A DNA stretch of 64,000 bases from an uncultured Planctomycetota bacterium (GCA_963849325.1 CAWKHF010000005.1:512001-576000); one strand, 5' to 3'; counted from the first letter of the stretch, positions 23,626 to 35,383 are shown. A program made the numbers and translations. The notes: generated by a model not told the origin, from the letters alone.

Positions 23626-24271
23626 TCATGGACGGGCGAGCACGGTGGCCAGCGCGGGGAGAAGCTGCTGCAGCAGGTCGAGGGAGGGATCCTGTTCGAG
23701 CCGTTCCGGACGCGGCGGCAGTTCGCGGACGACGTAGAGCTTGTACAGGGCGGGCAGGTGAGCGAAGCGTCAGACGCGGACTGTCCGGGGCCATGCCAGG
23801 ACTCCATCGCCGAACCACGTCCAGAAGATGCGCAGCTGCACGTCGCCGGTCGGTTCCTCCTTGCGGAACTTGGCCGTCCAGCATTCGGCGGAGGGATCGC
23901 CGGACGCCTGCCAGTGCATCGGAACGGCCATCATCTCGTAGCCGGCCCCGCGGTAGCAATGTTCCGGCCGATGGACGCTCATCTTGCCGGAGCGGCCGCA
24001 CAGCAGAATGACCAGCACGGAGGCGCCGCTGCGCGCGTCGGTGTAGCGCCGCACCCACGAACCCTCGGCGCCGGCCGCGGCCAGCGCCTCGGCGTCGAGT
24101 ACTCGCCGGCTCCGCCTTCCAGCTGCCCAGGTCGCCGGGTGCCTGGTCCAGACGCGCGACGGCCGCCTCCAGGTCGGCGGACTTTTGCCAGCGCTGCGTC
24201 CACACGCCCTGCACGACGGCGGCGCCGGCCACGACGAGCAGACCGGCCAGTAGGGGGATGCTGCGGTTCAT
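23626..24271 (-). CDS. epsI: Exosortase-associated EpsI family protein; frameshifted
   Basis: N-terminal TM, GVWTQRW, LGSW, SVHRPEHCYRGAGY, IFWTW, LYKLYVVRE; located in the exosortase operon. Confidence 0.82.
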
Positions 24272-24283
24272 GCGAGTCCTCCG

Positions 24284-24352
24284 TTCTGGCGAGCGGGGGC
24301 GTAAGCCCCCTGTTGGAAGCAACAGGGGGCTTACGCCCCCCGCTCGCCAGAA
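24284..24352. repeat. Palindrome (family B)
   Basis: TTCTGGCGAGCGGGGGCGTAAGCCCCCTGTTG..CAACAGGGGGCTTACGCCCCCCGCTCGCCAGAA; relatives at 2468 and 50113. Confidence 0.88.
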
Positions 24353-24357
24353 TGCGC

Positions 24358-26587
24358 TTACGGTTTCATCTCGGCCAGGTAACGCTCGACGCCGTAGCTG
24401 TCGGTGGTCTCGCCGAGGACGACGGCGCCCAGCATGGGGATGTCCAGCGACGCCAGACGCCGCTGCGCCTCGTAGACGGCCGGCAGACGGCTGAAGTTGC
24501 GCAGCACAGCCAGCACCACCGCGTCGGCGTGCTGGCCGAGCAGCAGCGCGTCGGCCACCGGCAGCACCGGGCAGACGTCGAGGATGATGAAGTCGTACTC
24601 GGCCCGGAGACGTTCGAGAATCGTCTTCACACCGTCCTGCGCCAGCGCCTGGATGGCCCGGCGGTCGCAGCGGCCGGCGGTCAGGATCGACAGTCCCTCG
24701 ACCGGGTGGCCCGCACGAGTCTGCTCGACCGTCGCCTCGCCGCGCAGAGCTTCGGCGAGGCCCGGCTGCACCGGCAGGCCGAAGCGGCGATGGACGGCTG
24801 GATTGCGCAGATCGCCGTCGATCAGCAGCGTCTTGTGCGCGCCGCGGGCCAGGCTGGCGGCGAGGTGGCTGGCCAGCGACGTCTTGCCCTCCCCGGCGAC
24901 GGCGCTGGCCACCATCACCACTTGTCGTCGCCTCGTGGCGAGCGGCGTGCAGCAGCCGAGTGCGAACGCCGTCCACCGCCTCCGTCAACCGGGTCTGCTC
25001 GACCGTCGTCCCGCCGCGCCGCCGGCCGGCACCAGGTAGCAAGCGTGTTCCGGCGCGTCCGGCAGCGTGCCCAGCAGGTTCAGGCCCAGGCCGCGCGCCA
25101 CGTCCTCCGAGGTGTAAACGCGGCGATTGCGGAACTCCAGCAGGCCGACACCGAGGAACACCAGACCGAACAGACCCAGGCCGGCGGCCCCGGCGACCTT
25201 GAACTGGCGGTCGCGCTTGCGGGCGGGCGGCGGCTTGGCCGGCTCCAGCTGCGTCACCCGCGACGTGGCCGGCAGCTCGGCTTGCAGGTTGCCCAGCTCC
25301 TCGCCGACCTTCTTGACCACCAGCTCCATCTGCGCCACCTCGTCGCGCAGCGCCTCGACGCCGGAGGTGGTTTTCTCCAGCGGCCGGCCCACGCCGCGCA
25401 GCGACGACACCAGGCTCTCCAGCCGCTTGACCTCGCCGTCCAGCGAACGCTCCTGTTCCTTGACGGACTGCAAGGTCCGCTCCAGCTTGACGATGTTGTC
25501 CCTGCGCCTCGGCCACCTGCTTGCGAACGCAGCCGGGCCACGACCGCCTCCTGCACCGATTTCTGATAATCGCCCATCGCCTTCAGCAAGATGGTGCGTT
25601 CCTTCTCGTAGCCCGTCGAGTCGCGGCTCTTGGAGCCGGCGGGGACCAGGCGGCGAATTTTTTGCATCTGCGCCTCGATCTCGGTCAGCCGATCGAAGTG
25701 CTTTTTCATCACGCCGTCCAGTTTCAGCTCCTCGATGACGGCGAAATCGGAGATGGCGATGCTCTCGGGATCGTGCGACGAGCTCGCGCAGGCCGGCCAG
25801 CTCGATCTCGGTGTCCTTGCGCTTGCAGTTGCACCTGCACGCGCTGGCGTCTGCACGGCGGCCAACTGCTGCATGGTCGTCGCCTGCCGCAGCCGCACCG
25901 TCTCCGGGTCGTCCAGGCCGAACTCCTCCTCGCGGGCCAGCAGCGTCTGCCGCCGCTCGCGCAGCTTCTCGGCACATTCGCGGTAGTTCTCCTGCAACTG
26001 CTTGATGCGGGCGACGATCTTGGCCTCTTCCTTGCTGGCACATTCTTTCATGTAAACACGTACCAGTTCGTTGAGGAGGACGGCCACGTCCTCGGCGCGG
26101 TCGCCGTTGAGCGAGACGCGGAGGATCTCCGGGACCGAGCAGCGTATCGGTGACGAGCGCCTTGCATCAGCCATTGCGGTCGGGTCGGACTGGGCGCGAA
26201 CCTCGGCGAGATCGGCGACGTTGGGCCGTTCCAGCGTGCCCTGGACGACGGCGTAGCTCTTGACCAGAGCCGCCTGGGTGCGCTGGTAGGTGAGCAGGTT
26301 GTCCTCGCCTTCCGCCGTTGCGGCTGGCCCGCGGCGCCAGCTGCAGGAGCGTCTGGGCCGTGTACTGCGCGGGCATCACGAACCAGGCGATGCCGCCGCC
26401 GAGCAGTCCGGCCAGCACGGCCAGGCCGAGGGCCAGCACCCAGCGGCGGCGCACGGCGTGCCACAGCGATTCGAGGCTGGGCGGCGCGGACAGACCCGGA
26501 GGGCCGGCCGCTGTCGCCGCGGGAGTGGGCGCGACGCTCGCCTCGGACGGACGGTTCGGCGAAGGAGCTTCGAGCGAGCGATGCCAT
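24358..26587 (-). CDS. wzc: Polysaccharide co-polymerase/tyrosine autokinase; multiply frameshifted
   Basis: N-terminal RRRWVLAL TM, coiled coil, second TM, Walker A SAVAGEGKTS, LLIDGDLRNP, YDFIILD, C-terminal Tyr residues. Confidence 0.88.
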
Positions 26588-26649
26588 GATGATCTCCTTT
26601 TGGGTGATACCGAGCCGCGACCGTTACGGAGCGGAGATTTCCCGCTCGC

Positions 26650-27535
26650 CTAAGCGGTCGCGGCTGCCACGAACAGCCGGCCGAGCAGGTAAAGTTCGAG
26701 TCCCAGGGCGGCGAGGGCGAGCGGCATCATCAGCCAGCCGGCCAGGTCGTGAAAGAACGCCTGCGCCGCCGGAGCGCCGACCACCGCGTACACCAGGCCG
26801 GTCGCCGTCACGCGGACCAGGTTCATCAGCACGCCGATGGGGATGGCGCTGAGGAAGACGACGACGCGATCCGCCAGCGGCCGCTCGAATCACCAGGGCG
26901 ACGGTGGTGGAGATGGCGAAGAAGGCCGACAACATGCCCAGGCCGTTGCACGCCTCCAGAACGCCGATGCTCAGATCGTCGATGAGGATGATGTTGCCTT
27001 CCGAGACGGCGGGCAGGCCGAGCGTTTGCAGGGCGAAGGTGCTGACCACGGTGCCCAGTCGCTGCAAGCGGCGCCGACAGGGTGCCCTCGATCTGGTAGG
27101 GCAGCGGCAGCATGAAGAACAGCACGCCGATGGCCGGTCCCATCTGCCGGCACAGCGGCCAACCGCCGATGAGCAGGGCCAGTCCCAGCAGCACCGGCAG
27201 CAGCGACAGGCCATCGAACCAGTCGAGATAGTAGTAGCGCGCCGACCAACCGCAGCACCGCGCCGGCCGAGAGGACCGGCAGCCCCCACCAACTCGGCTG
27301 CGCTGTCGTCACGGGGTACGACCGGCGGCGCACCCACCACACGACCAGCGCCAGCACCGGCACGACGTAGCCGTGCGAGTAGCGGGAATCGTGCGCCCAG
27401 CGCTGCGACAGGCCGGCCAACGCCGGCCAGTACGCCCAGCCCAGGACCGGCAGCGCGACGGCCAGCGACACGTGCCAGCCGCGGGCGGCTGGCGTCCGGT
27501 CCGGCGGTCGGCGAGTTGGCGGTCGGTCGGGTCAT
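26650..27535 (-). CDS. Exosortase (EpsH/Xrt family); frameshifted
   Basis: RWAHDSRYSHGYVVP, SEGNIILI, catalytic Cys in VLEACNGLGML, Arg in NLVRV, His in FFHDLAGW. Confidence 0.92.
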
Positions 27536-27646
27536 GGTTTGCGAGCCGGCTCCCTCGGTGCGCGTTCGATCCGTGCTTCCCAGGCGGAGTGTGGTACAAG
27601 GGGATGTGGTTGCCTGAATGGGGGAGAGGCAAGCCGGCCGGCCTAA

Positions 27647-27663
27647 AGCAAGTAGCATACCAG
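27647..27663 (-). promoter_or_regulatory. Putative sigma-54 (-24/-12) promoter of the exosortase operon
   Basis: Minus strand CTGGTATGCTACTTGCT = TGG-N10-GC with TTGCT, ~110 nt upstream of the exosortase ATG. Confidence 0.7.
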
Positions 27664-27726
27664 ACATTCACAGGCAAACTTATTGTCTCATGAGAATACG
27701 TTGTTGTCTCAATCTCCCCCGTCGTG

Positions 27727-27771
27727 GCCCGCGGCGTGAGCGAGGGACCATCTCCCTCGCTCATGCCGCGG
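27727..27771. repeat. Degenerate palindrome (family D)
   Basis: CCGCGGCGTGAGCGAGGGA..TCCCTCGCTCATGCCGCGG; similar to 58278-58342 and 32937-33013. Confidence 0.65.
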
Positions 27772-27970
27772 AACCCGACGGCCATTCCTGCCGGACCCTA
27801 ATGCCGGAGTGGCGAAGGCGTACAAGCGACTGTTTCGAGCGGTTTACACGGTTTACGCTCCGCGTTTACGCCGGAAACCTCGACAATCCGCCGAGGCGCT
27901 CATAGGGTAATCTTGACCGGCGCTGTGTGGGACGCCGGCCGATGCCTCCCCGTTGGGAAAGTGTACTGCC

Positions 27971-29017
27971 GTGACTCTGCCTCCGCTGAGCGTCCCTCCG
28001 CTGGACCCGACGCCGATCTTCGATCACTTCCGCGGCCACTACGGCTCCGAGCTGCTGACCGCCGCCGTCGCTCATTTCCGGGTCTTCGAGCACCTGGCGA
28101 AAGGGCCGCGTTCCTTCGACGCGCTGCGCGGCGACCTCGGCCTGGCGGAGCGTCCCGCCATCGTGCTGTGACGGCGCTGCGGGCGATGGGACTGCTGGCC
28201 GCGGACGCCTCGGGCCGGCTGGAATTGACGGCCGCTGAGCCGCGAGTTCCTCGTCGGCCCGCCGTTCGACATCAGCGGCTACGTCGGCCTGAACGCGGAC
28301 AGTCCCGGCGTGCTGGGCATGGTCGAGCGCCTGCGGACGAACCGGCCGGCCGGCATGAAGCCGGAAGAGGCCGGCGCCGCCTTCATCTACCGCGAGGGCG
28401 TCGCCTCGGCGATGGAGAAGGAGGCGGAGGCGCGGCGGCTGACCCTGGCGCTGGCCGGCCGCGCGCGCAACGTCGCGCCGGTGCTGGCCGAGCGCCTGCC
28501 GCTGGCCGAGGCGCGCGTGCTGCTCGACGTCGGCGGCGGCACCGGCCTGTTCAGCATCGCCTGCCTGCGCAAGAACCCCGAGCTGCGCGCCATCGTCTGG
28601 GACCGTCCCGAGGTGCTCAAGGTCGCCGCCGAGATGGCCGCACGTTCACGGCGTCAGCGATCGCCTGGAGTGCCGCCCCGGCGACATGTTCGCCGACGCC
28701 GTGCCCGCCGCGGACGTGGTGCTGCTGTCCAACGTCCTGCACGACTGGGACGTGCCGCAGTGCCAGCGAACTGATCGGCCGCTGCGCCGCCGCCCTGCCC
28801 GTCGGCGGCCGGCTGATCGTCCATGATGTGTTTCTCAACGACGCCCTGGATGGTCCGCTGCCGATCGCGCTGTATTCCGCCGCCCTGTTCTGCATGACCG
28901 AGGGCCGCGCCTACAGCGCCGCCGAGTACCGCGATTGGCTGACCGCCGCCGGGCTGACGACCGCGGACGATCGTCCCGACCCTGGTTCATTGCGGCGCGC
29001 TGCCGGCGGAGAAATGA
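27971..29017 (+). CDS. SAM-dependent O-methyltransferase (Methyltransf_2 with dimerisation domain); frameshifted
   Basis: LLDVGGGTG, GDMF, LSNVLHDW, GGRLIVHD, TEGRAYS. Confidence 0.88.
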
Positions 29018-29022
29018 CCCGT

Positions 29023-29104
29023 TCTCCCCTCTCCCCGCTTCGGGGGAGAGGGGTAGGGGGTGAGGGGGAGAGCCGCCTCCCCCCGCTTCGGGGAGAGGGG
29101 AGAA
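29023..29104. repeat. Family C palindrome
   Basis: Near-identical to the left arm of 19713-19816. Confidence 0.85.
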
Positions 29105-29229
29105 AGGCCGCGAACTTCTCTCTTTCGCGGACGCTCTTCCTGGCGGATAATCAGGCGATGCCACATCCTTCGAACAAGGCGATCCCAGGCTCGGGATGGG
29201 GGCCGGGTTCGAGGACGGGGACGACGGAC

Positions 29230-31494
29230 ATGAGCGAGGCCGGCACCACCTACGAAGGCTCCCTGCTGCTCACGCTCGAAGAGATCAGCCAGCTGGTCGC
29301 CCACAGCCACAACTCCAGCGAGACGCTGGCCAACATCGTCCGCCTCATCCAGGGCCGCTTCCACACCGCCGTCTGTTCCGTCTACTTCTTCGTGCCCGAG
29401 CGCGGCGAGCTGGTCCTGGGCGCCACGGTCGGACTCCAGGCCGAGGCGATCGGCCGGGTGCGCATGCGCCTGGACGAAGGGTTGACGGGCCTGGTGGCGC
29501 AGAAGATGGCGCCCGTGGCGGTGGCCGACGCCTTCGAGCATCCGCGCTTCAAGTATTTCCCGGAGGCGGGCGAAGACCCGTATCACTCGTTCCTGGGCGT
29601 GCCGCTGGTCGAGGGCGGCACGCTGCAAGGCGTGCTGGTGGTGCAGACGCGCGAGCCGCGGCAGTTCTCGCCCAGCGAAGTGCGCATGCTGGTGACGGTG
29701 GCGGCCCAGCTGGCCGCCCTGGTCGGCGACGCGCTGCTGCTGGAACAGGTGTCCGCCGTCGCCCATCCCCTCGCCGCGCCGACGCCGCCGACCGAGGCCG
29801 CACCGCGACGGCCGTGCTGCAGGGAGCGGCCCTCAGTCCCGGCATCGGCCTGGGCCAGGCTTACGTCGTCGATGCGCATCGAGGAATGGCGGCGCGACGT
29901 GCCGCTACGCAGGCCGCGACCTCGACGCCGAGCGACGCCGCCTCGCCGAGGCGATGGAGCGCGCCCGCGAGGAGATCACCCGCCTCAGCCAGCGCATCTC
30001 CGAGCTGGTCGGCGAGGATCACGGCGCCATCCTGCAAGCGCAGCTGATGATCATGCAGGACCGCACCATCGAGCAGCGATCTCGACGCCTGCCTGGAGCG
30101 GCGGCGCGACCGCCGAGGCCGCCCTGCTGACCACGCTCGACAAGTACGTCGCCGCCTTGCAAAAAGTGGCGACGCCGTTCTTCCACGAGCGCATCTACGA
30201 CATCAAGGATGTCTTTCATCGTATTTTGTGGCAGCTGCGGCCGCGCCAGCCGGCGGACCCGGCCGGCGATCGGCTCGTGCTGGTGGCGCGCGAGGCGTCG
30301 GTGATGGAGCTGTTCGCCGTCGATCTGGACCGGCTGGCGGCGGTGGTCGTCGAGCACGGCGGGCCGCAGAGCCACGCCGCCATCCTGGCCCGCAGCCTGG
30401 GCATCCCGATGGTCGGCCAGGTCGCCGACTTCGCCGCCGCTGCTGCACTCCGGCCGCCGTCTGCTCGTCGATGGCACCGCCGGCACCGTGGTCCTCGATC
30501 CCGCGCCGCTGTGCGTGGTGCCGCCCAGCGGCGTCGGCGCCGATCGGCAGGCGCAGGCCGCCGCCGCGCCGCCGACGCCGGGCCTGCCCGGCGTCGAGGT
30601 CAACATCAATCTGCTCTACGAGGCGCGCTCCGCCGTCGCGCCAGGGGGCCGGCGGCGTCGGCCTGTATCGCAGCGAGTTCCTCTTCCTGGCCCGCCGCAC
30701 GCTGCCGACCGAGGAAGAGCAGGTCGAGCATCTATCGCAAGCTGCTGCAGATGATGGCCGGCCGGCCGGTCACCATCCGCACCTTCGACCTGCGGCCGGA
30801 CAAGCTGGCGGCCTACTCGCACCTCGGCTCGGCGGCGGCCCGGCCGTTCGACTGGCGGCTGGTGCTGGAGTCGCCGCCCTTGCAGCAGCTCTTTCCGCGA
30901 CCAGGTCCGCGCCATCCTCCGCGCCTCGACCGAGGGCCCGGTGCGCATCCTCATCCCGCTGGTGACCAGCAGCGAACTGCTCGATTTCGTGGTGGAGACG
31001 GTGGCGAAGGCGCGCGACGGCCTGACGCGCGAGGGGCTGGCGTTCGCCGCCGACGTGCCGCTGGGCGTGATGATCGAGGTGGCGGCGGCGGCGTCGCTGG
31101 TGCACGTCCTGGGCCGAACAGGTGGCGTTCTTCGCCATCGGCACCAACGACCTGACGGCCTCGGCCCTCGGCCTGGACCGCGACGACCCGCTGATCGCGC
31201 GGCAGGCCGACGCGCTGCATCCGGGCCTGGTGCGGCTGATCCACGACGTCGTCGGCCGACGCCCACGCCGCCGGCCGGCCGGTGTCCGTGTGCGGCGAGG
31301 TGGCCGCCGATCCGCTCGGCGCCCTCGCCCTCGCCGCCCTGGGCGTCGATACGCTCAGCGTGCCCGTCAACCAGTTCGCCGCCACGCGGCAGGCGCTGGC
31401 CGATTGCGACGCGGCGACGCTGCCGGAGCTGAAGCCGGACTTGCTGCGGCAGCGCACCACGACCGCTATCCGGACGCTGCTTCAAAACTGGTGA
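29230..31494 (+). CDS. ptsP: GAF-domain phosphoenolpyruvate-protein phosphotransferase (EI-Ntr-like); frameshifted
   Basis: N-terminal GAF (EGLTGLVA, HPRFKYFPEAGEDPYHSFLGVP), phospho-His GGPQSHAAILARS, GLYRSEF, MIEV, IGTNDL, VCGE. Confidence 0.88.
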
Positions 31495-31542
31495 AAGGGG
31501 AGAGGAAATATCTATGTTCGGTGGACCATCCAGGAGTTTCTC

Positions 31543-32889
31543 ATGACGTTGCAACGAAGTTCACGTCGCCGGTTTTTGCAGGGTCTCCTCGCGGCCGGCG
31601 GGGCGATGACTCTCTCGGCCCGCACCTGGGCCGCCGCGCCGGGGTCCAACGAGCGCCTGCGCGTCGCCTCGGTCGGCGTCAGCGGCAAGGGCTGGTCGGA
31701 CCACACGTCCGTGGCCGCCAGTCCCAAGGTTGAAATCGTCGCCCTCTGCGACGTGGACGAGGGGGCCGAACATCTCGGCCGCGCCGCCGAGAAGTATCCG
31801 CACGCCCGGCGCTTCGCCGACTGGCGCCGCCTGTTCGAGCAGGCGCACGACTTCGACGCCGTTATCGTGTCCACGCCGGACCACATGCACGCTCCGATCG
31901 CGCTGCCGGCCATGACGCTGGGCAAGCACGTCTTCTGTCAAAAGCCGCTGACGCATACCGTCTTCGAGGCGCGGCAGATGCGGCAAGCGGCCGAGAAATA
32001 TCGCGTCGTAACGCAGATGGGCAACCAGATCCAGTCGCACCCGGCGTACCGCACCGCCGTCAAACTGGTACACGATGGCGTCATCGGCCGCGTCAAGGAG
32101 GTCCACTCGTGGCAGAGCGGGCCGATGCGCTGGATGCTCGCCGACGACCGGCCGGCCGGGTCGGACCCCGTGCCGGAGAAGCTGCACTGGGACGATTGGC
32201 TCGGCGTCGCTCCGGAGCGGCCGTACAAGGCCCGCGTGTATCACCCCTTCAACTGGCGCGCCTGGCAGGACTACAGCAACGGCCAGCTCGGCGACTTCGG
32301 CTGTCACATCCTCGATCCGGTCTTTCTGGCCCTGGGTCTGACCGCGCCGACCACGGTGCGGGCCGAGGCACCGGCCATCAACCGCGAGGTGTGGACGAAG
32401 CGCTCCACGGTGCGTTACCAATTCCCCGCCACCGAACGAACCGCGGGCGAAGTGTTCGCGTTGACGTGGTACGACGGCGACGGCCATCTGCCGCCGCCGC
32501 AGGCGCACGGCTTGCCGCAGAATTACAAGTTGCCCGGCGCCGGCTCGGTACTGGTGGGCGAGAAAGGCTCGCTGGTCATCCCGCACGTCGCCATGCCGAA
32601 GCTGTTTCCCGAGGAGAAATTCGCCGACTTCAAGATCGAGGCGGTGCCGGCGCGCGACCATTACACGTCGTGGGCGGACGCCTGCCGCGGCGAGGGGCGG
32701 ACGACGTCGTCGTTCGCTTACGCCGGCCCGCTGACGGAGACGGTGCTGCTCGGCACCATCGCCATCCGCGTCCGTGGCGAGACGCTGCGCTGGGACAGTG
32801 CCCGCCTGGCGATCGCCAACACGGCCGCCGCCAACGCCCTGCTCCGCAAGCGCTATCGCAAGGGCTGGGAGCCGGCGTGGATCTCCTGA
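31543..32889 (+). CDS. Tat-exported Gfo/Idh/MocA oxidoreductase
   Basis: SRRRFL twin-arginine signal; STPDHMH, GKHVFCQKP, QMGNQ, GDFGCH. Confidence 0.92.
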   Translation: MTLQRSSRRRFLQGLLAAGGAMTLSARTWAAAPGSNERLRVASVGVSGKGWSDHTSVAASPKVEIVALCDVDEGAEHLGRAAEKYPHARRFADWRRLFEQAHDFDAVIVSTPDHMHAPIALPAMTLGKHVFCQKPLTHTVFEARQMRQAAEKYRVVTQMGNQIQSHPAYRTAVKLVHDGVIGRVKEVHSWQSGPMRWMLADDRPAGSDPVPEKLHWDDWLGVAPERPYKARVYHPFNWRAWQDYSNGQLGDFGCHILDPVFLALGLTAPTTVRAEAPAINREVWTKRSTVRYQFPATERTAGEVFALTWYDGDGHLPPPQAHGLPQNYKLPGAGSVLVGEKGSLVIPHVAMPKLFPEEKFADFKIEAVPARDHYTSWADACRGEGRTTSSFAYAGPLTETVLLGTIAIRVRGETLRWDSARLAIANTAAANALLRKRYRKGWEPAWIS

Positions 32890-32936
32890 TTCTCCGAGCC
32901 GCTTGCGGCTTAGCGCGAGCGGACCAAATGGTTTTG

Positions 32937-33013
32937 TCCGAGCCTGAAGCGTAAGCGAAGAGGAGCGGCAACCTTTGGTTGCCGTTCCTCTTCGCTTACG
33001 CTTCAGGCTCGGA
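32937..33013. repeat. Long palindrome (family D) between convergent genes
   Basis: TCCGAGCCTGAAGCGTAAGCGAAGAGGAGCGGCAACC-TTT-GGTTGCCGTTCCTCTTCGCTTACGCTTCAGGCTCGGA. Confidence 0.9.
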
Positions 33014-33041
33014 GGAGATTTGTCCGCCTGGGGAAAGGTAT

Positions 33042-34202
33042 TCACTTATTGACCGCGGCCACCACTTTCTGAACCAAATCGTCCTCCCAGTTTTTGGGGA
33101 ACTTGCGGCCATCGCCGAGGCGGACGAACACGAGATCGAGGCTCGGCACCACGAAACCGTGATTGTTGAAGGCGCCGGCCGTCTGCACCAGGTCGCGCGG
33201 CCCGTCCTTGTGGCGCGGAAACACCCACCACTGCGCTCCGTAGCTGGGGTTGGTCTTCGTGCTTCGCCAGGCGAAATCGTAGTGGGCCGACGGCACGACC
33301 TGTTTGTCGTCCCAGCGGCCCTTGTGCAGGGCCAGGTAGCAGAAGCGGGCGTGCTCGCGCGGCGTCGTCAGCACGCCGCTGTAACCCTGGCTGTACGGGC
33401 CGATCTTGCCGTCGCCGCCGATCGGCGTCCACTTGACGTTCTCCATGCCGACGCGCTTGAAAACACGCTTTTTCAGATACGGATACAGATCTTCTCCCGT
33501 CGCATGGTGAAAGACCAGTACGAGGTGGGCGACACCGGCATTGGAGTAGATGAACTTCGTGCCGGGGTCGGCCTGGAGTTTCTTGAAGGGCGATTTGTCC
33601 GTATGGCCCAGGGCGATCTCGAACGGCTCCTTATCGGTCGGCAAATTCTCGCCGCCCAGGCCGGAGGCCATGTTGAGCAGGTGGCGCAGCTTGATGTCGG
33701 CCTTGCGCGGATCGGGCAAGGGTAGCGATTCTTGCAGCCATTCCGTGTTGCAGACCTTGGTGTCCAGGGTCAGTCGCTTGCCGCCGGACAGCTTGCCGCC
33801 CTCGTGCTCGGCCAGGAGCAGGCCGAACGCTAGGCTCGTGTACGCCTTGGAGCTGGAGTAGATGTTGAAGGTCTTGTCGCGGCCGCCGTCCTTGTACCAT
33901 TCGCCGACAACGTAGCCGTGGCGGATGATGAGCAGACCACTGGCGCCGTCTATGGCGGCGTTGTGATCCCAGGCCAACTTGAGCTTGTCCCAATCGACGC
34001 CGCCCGTCTTGGCGAGGACGGCCTTCTGTTCGGCGCTGGGTTCGCCCTTGTCCGGCAGCAGACTGCGCCAACCGCCCTGGCTCTCGGGCGGCGGGAAGTA
34101 GTTGGCCAGGACGGCCTTCTGCGGGCGCGGCTCGTCGGCCCGCGCCGCGACAGGCGCGAGCAGTCCCAGGCCGAGAGCGACAATTCCGATCGTCATTCGC
34201 AT
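33042..34202 (-). CDS. Secreted serine hydrolase (beta-lactamase/AmpC-like fold)
   Basis: Signal peptide; SxxK (YSSSK), HLLNMASG, YSN. Confidence 0.88.
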   Translation of the reverse strand: MRMTIGIVALGLGLLAPVAARADEPRPQKAVLANYFPPPESQGGWRSLLPDKGEPSAEQKAVLAKTGGVDWDKLKLAWDHNAAIDGASGLLIIRHGYVVGEWYKDGGRDKTFNIYSSSKAYTSLAFGLLLAEHEGGKLSGGKRLTLDTKVCNTEWLQESLPLPDPRKADIKLRHLLNMASGLGGENLPTDKEPFEIALGHTDKSPFKKLQADPGTKFIYSNAGVAHLVLVFHHATGEDLYPYLKKRVFKRVGMENVKWTPIGGDGKIGPYSQGYSGVLTTPREHARFCYLALHKGRWDDKQVVPSAHYDFAWRSTKTNPSYGAQWWVFPRHKDGPRDLVQTAGAFNNHGFVVPSLDLVFVRLGDGRKFPKNWEDDLVQKVVAAVNK

Positions 34203-34218
34203 GATGTTCTCCTGACGC

Positions 34219-35355
34219 TCAACCGGACGAGATCACGGCGGCCCCATCGGTCGCCGCACAAACGTGGAGGACGGGGGAAAGGCCGGTCACGGACTGGTAG
34301 CTGGCCGCGACCACGGAGGCGAAGGCGTGTACGTCGTCCTCGCGGACCAGGGCGACGGCACAACCGCCGAAGCCGGCGCCGGTCATGCGAATGCCCAGGC
34401 AGGCCGGATGCAGCCGACCGTATTCGACTAGTACGTCCAGCTCGCGGCTGGACACGGCGAAGTCGTGGCGCAAACTGTCGTGACTGGCGTTCATGAGCCG
34501 GCCCAGGGCGACGGCATCGCCGCAGCGCATGGCCGCGGCCGCTTGCAGGGTGCGCTCGTTCTCGCTGACGACGTGCCGCGCCGCCGCCGTGTGACTTCAT
34601 CGAGCCGGCCCGCTTCCGCCTCGAAGCGGTCCGCGCTCACGTCGCGCAGAGCGGCCACGCCGAAGGCGCGAGCGGCGGACTCGCACTGGCCGCGCCGCTC
34701 GTTGTAGGCCGAATCGACCAGGCCGCGCCGCGTGGCGCTGTCGAGCACGACCACGACGGTGCCCGGCGGCAAGGGCACGGCCTCCGTGTGCAGGGTCCGG
34801 CAGTCGATGAGCAGGGCGTGTCCGGCTCGGCCCGTCGCCGAAATCATCTGATCCATGATGCCGCAGCGCACGCCGACCCACTCGTTCTCGGCGCGCTGGC
34901 CGAGCTTCGCCATCCGCGCCGCGTCCCAGGGCAAATCCGACACGGCGGCGAACGCCCGCGCCACGGCCAGTTCCAGCGCCGCCGAGGACGACAGGCCGGC
35001 GCCGACCGGCACGTCGCCGGCAATCACCCCCTCCCAGCCTCGCAGGACGTGGCGGGACTCTTGCAAGGCCCACGCTACCCCCTTGACGTACTCGGCCCAA
35101 TCTCCGTTCGTCCGCTCGATGCGATCGAGCGCGAACGTCACCGACGCGGCGAAGTCGAAGGAGTGCGCGAGCACTTGCCGATCCACGCGCGGCCGCAGGG
35201 CGATCCACACGGCACGGTCGATGGCCAGCGGCAACACGAAGCCGTCGTTGTAATCGGTGTGTTCGCCGATCAGGTTGACGCGGCCGGGAGCGCGGACCAC
35301 GAAGGTCGGCGGCGCTGAAAACGCTGCGCGAATTCGCGGCGGATAAGCGACTCAC
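34219..35355 (-). CDS. galK: Galactokinase; frameshifted
   Basis: RAPGRVNLIGEHTDYNDG, PVGAGLSSSAA, CGIMDQ, RMTGAGFGG. Confidence 0.95.
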
Positions 35356-35383
35356 CCCAACGCACCATGCGCTCTCCTGGACG

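Noticed and set aside
21485-25516. Apparent ligase-Wzm and Wzc-EpsI fusions
   Set aside because: The joined parts are either out of frame or have their own RBS and start; indel artefacts are more likely.
27665-27720. CACAGGCAAAC resembling the start of a c-di-GMP-I riboswitch
   Set aside because: The GAAA tetraloop stem and GACGCAAAG continuation are missing, and it lies on the strand opposite the exosortase operon.
27913-31155. 1080-aa ORF suggesting a methyltransferase-PtsP fusion
   Set aside because: It is a mosaic of in-frame and out-of-frame pieces that reads through a palindrome; the methyltransferase has its own stop at 29017 and ptsP its own ATG at 29230.
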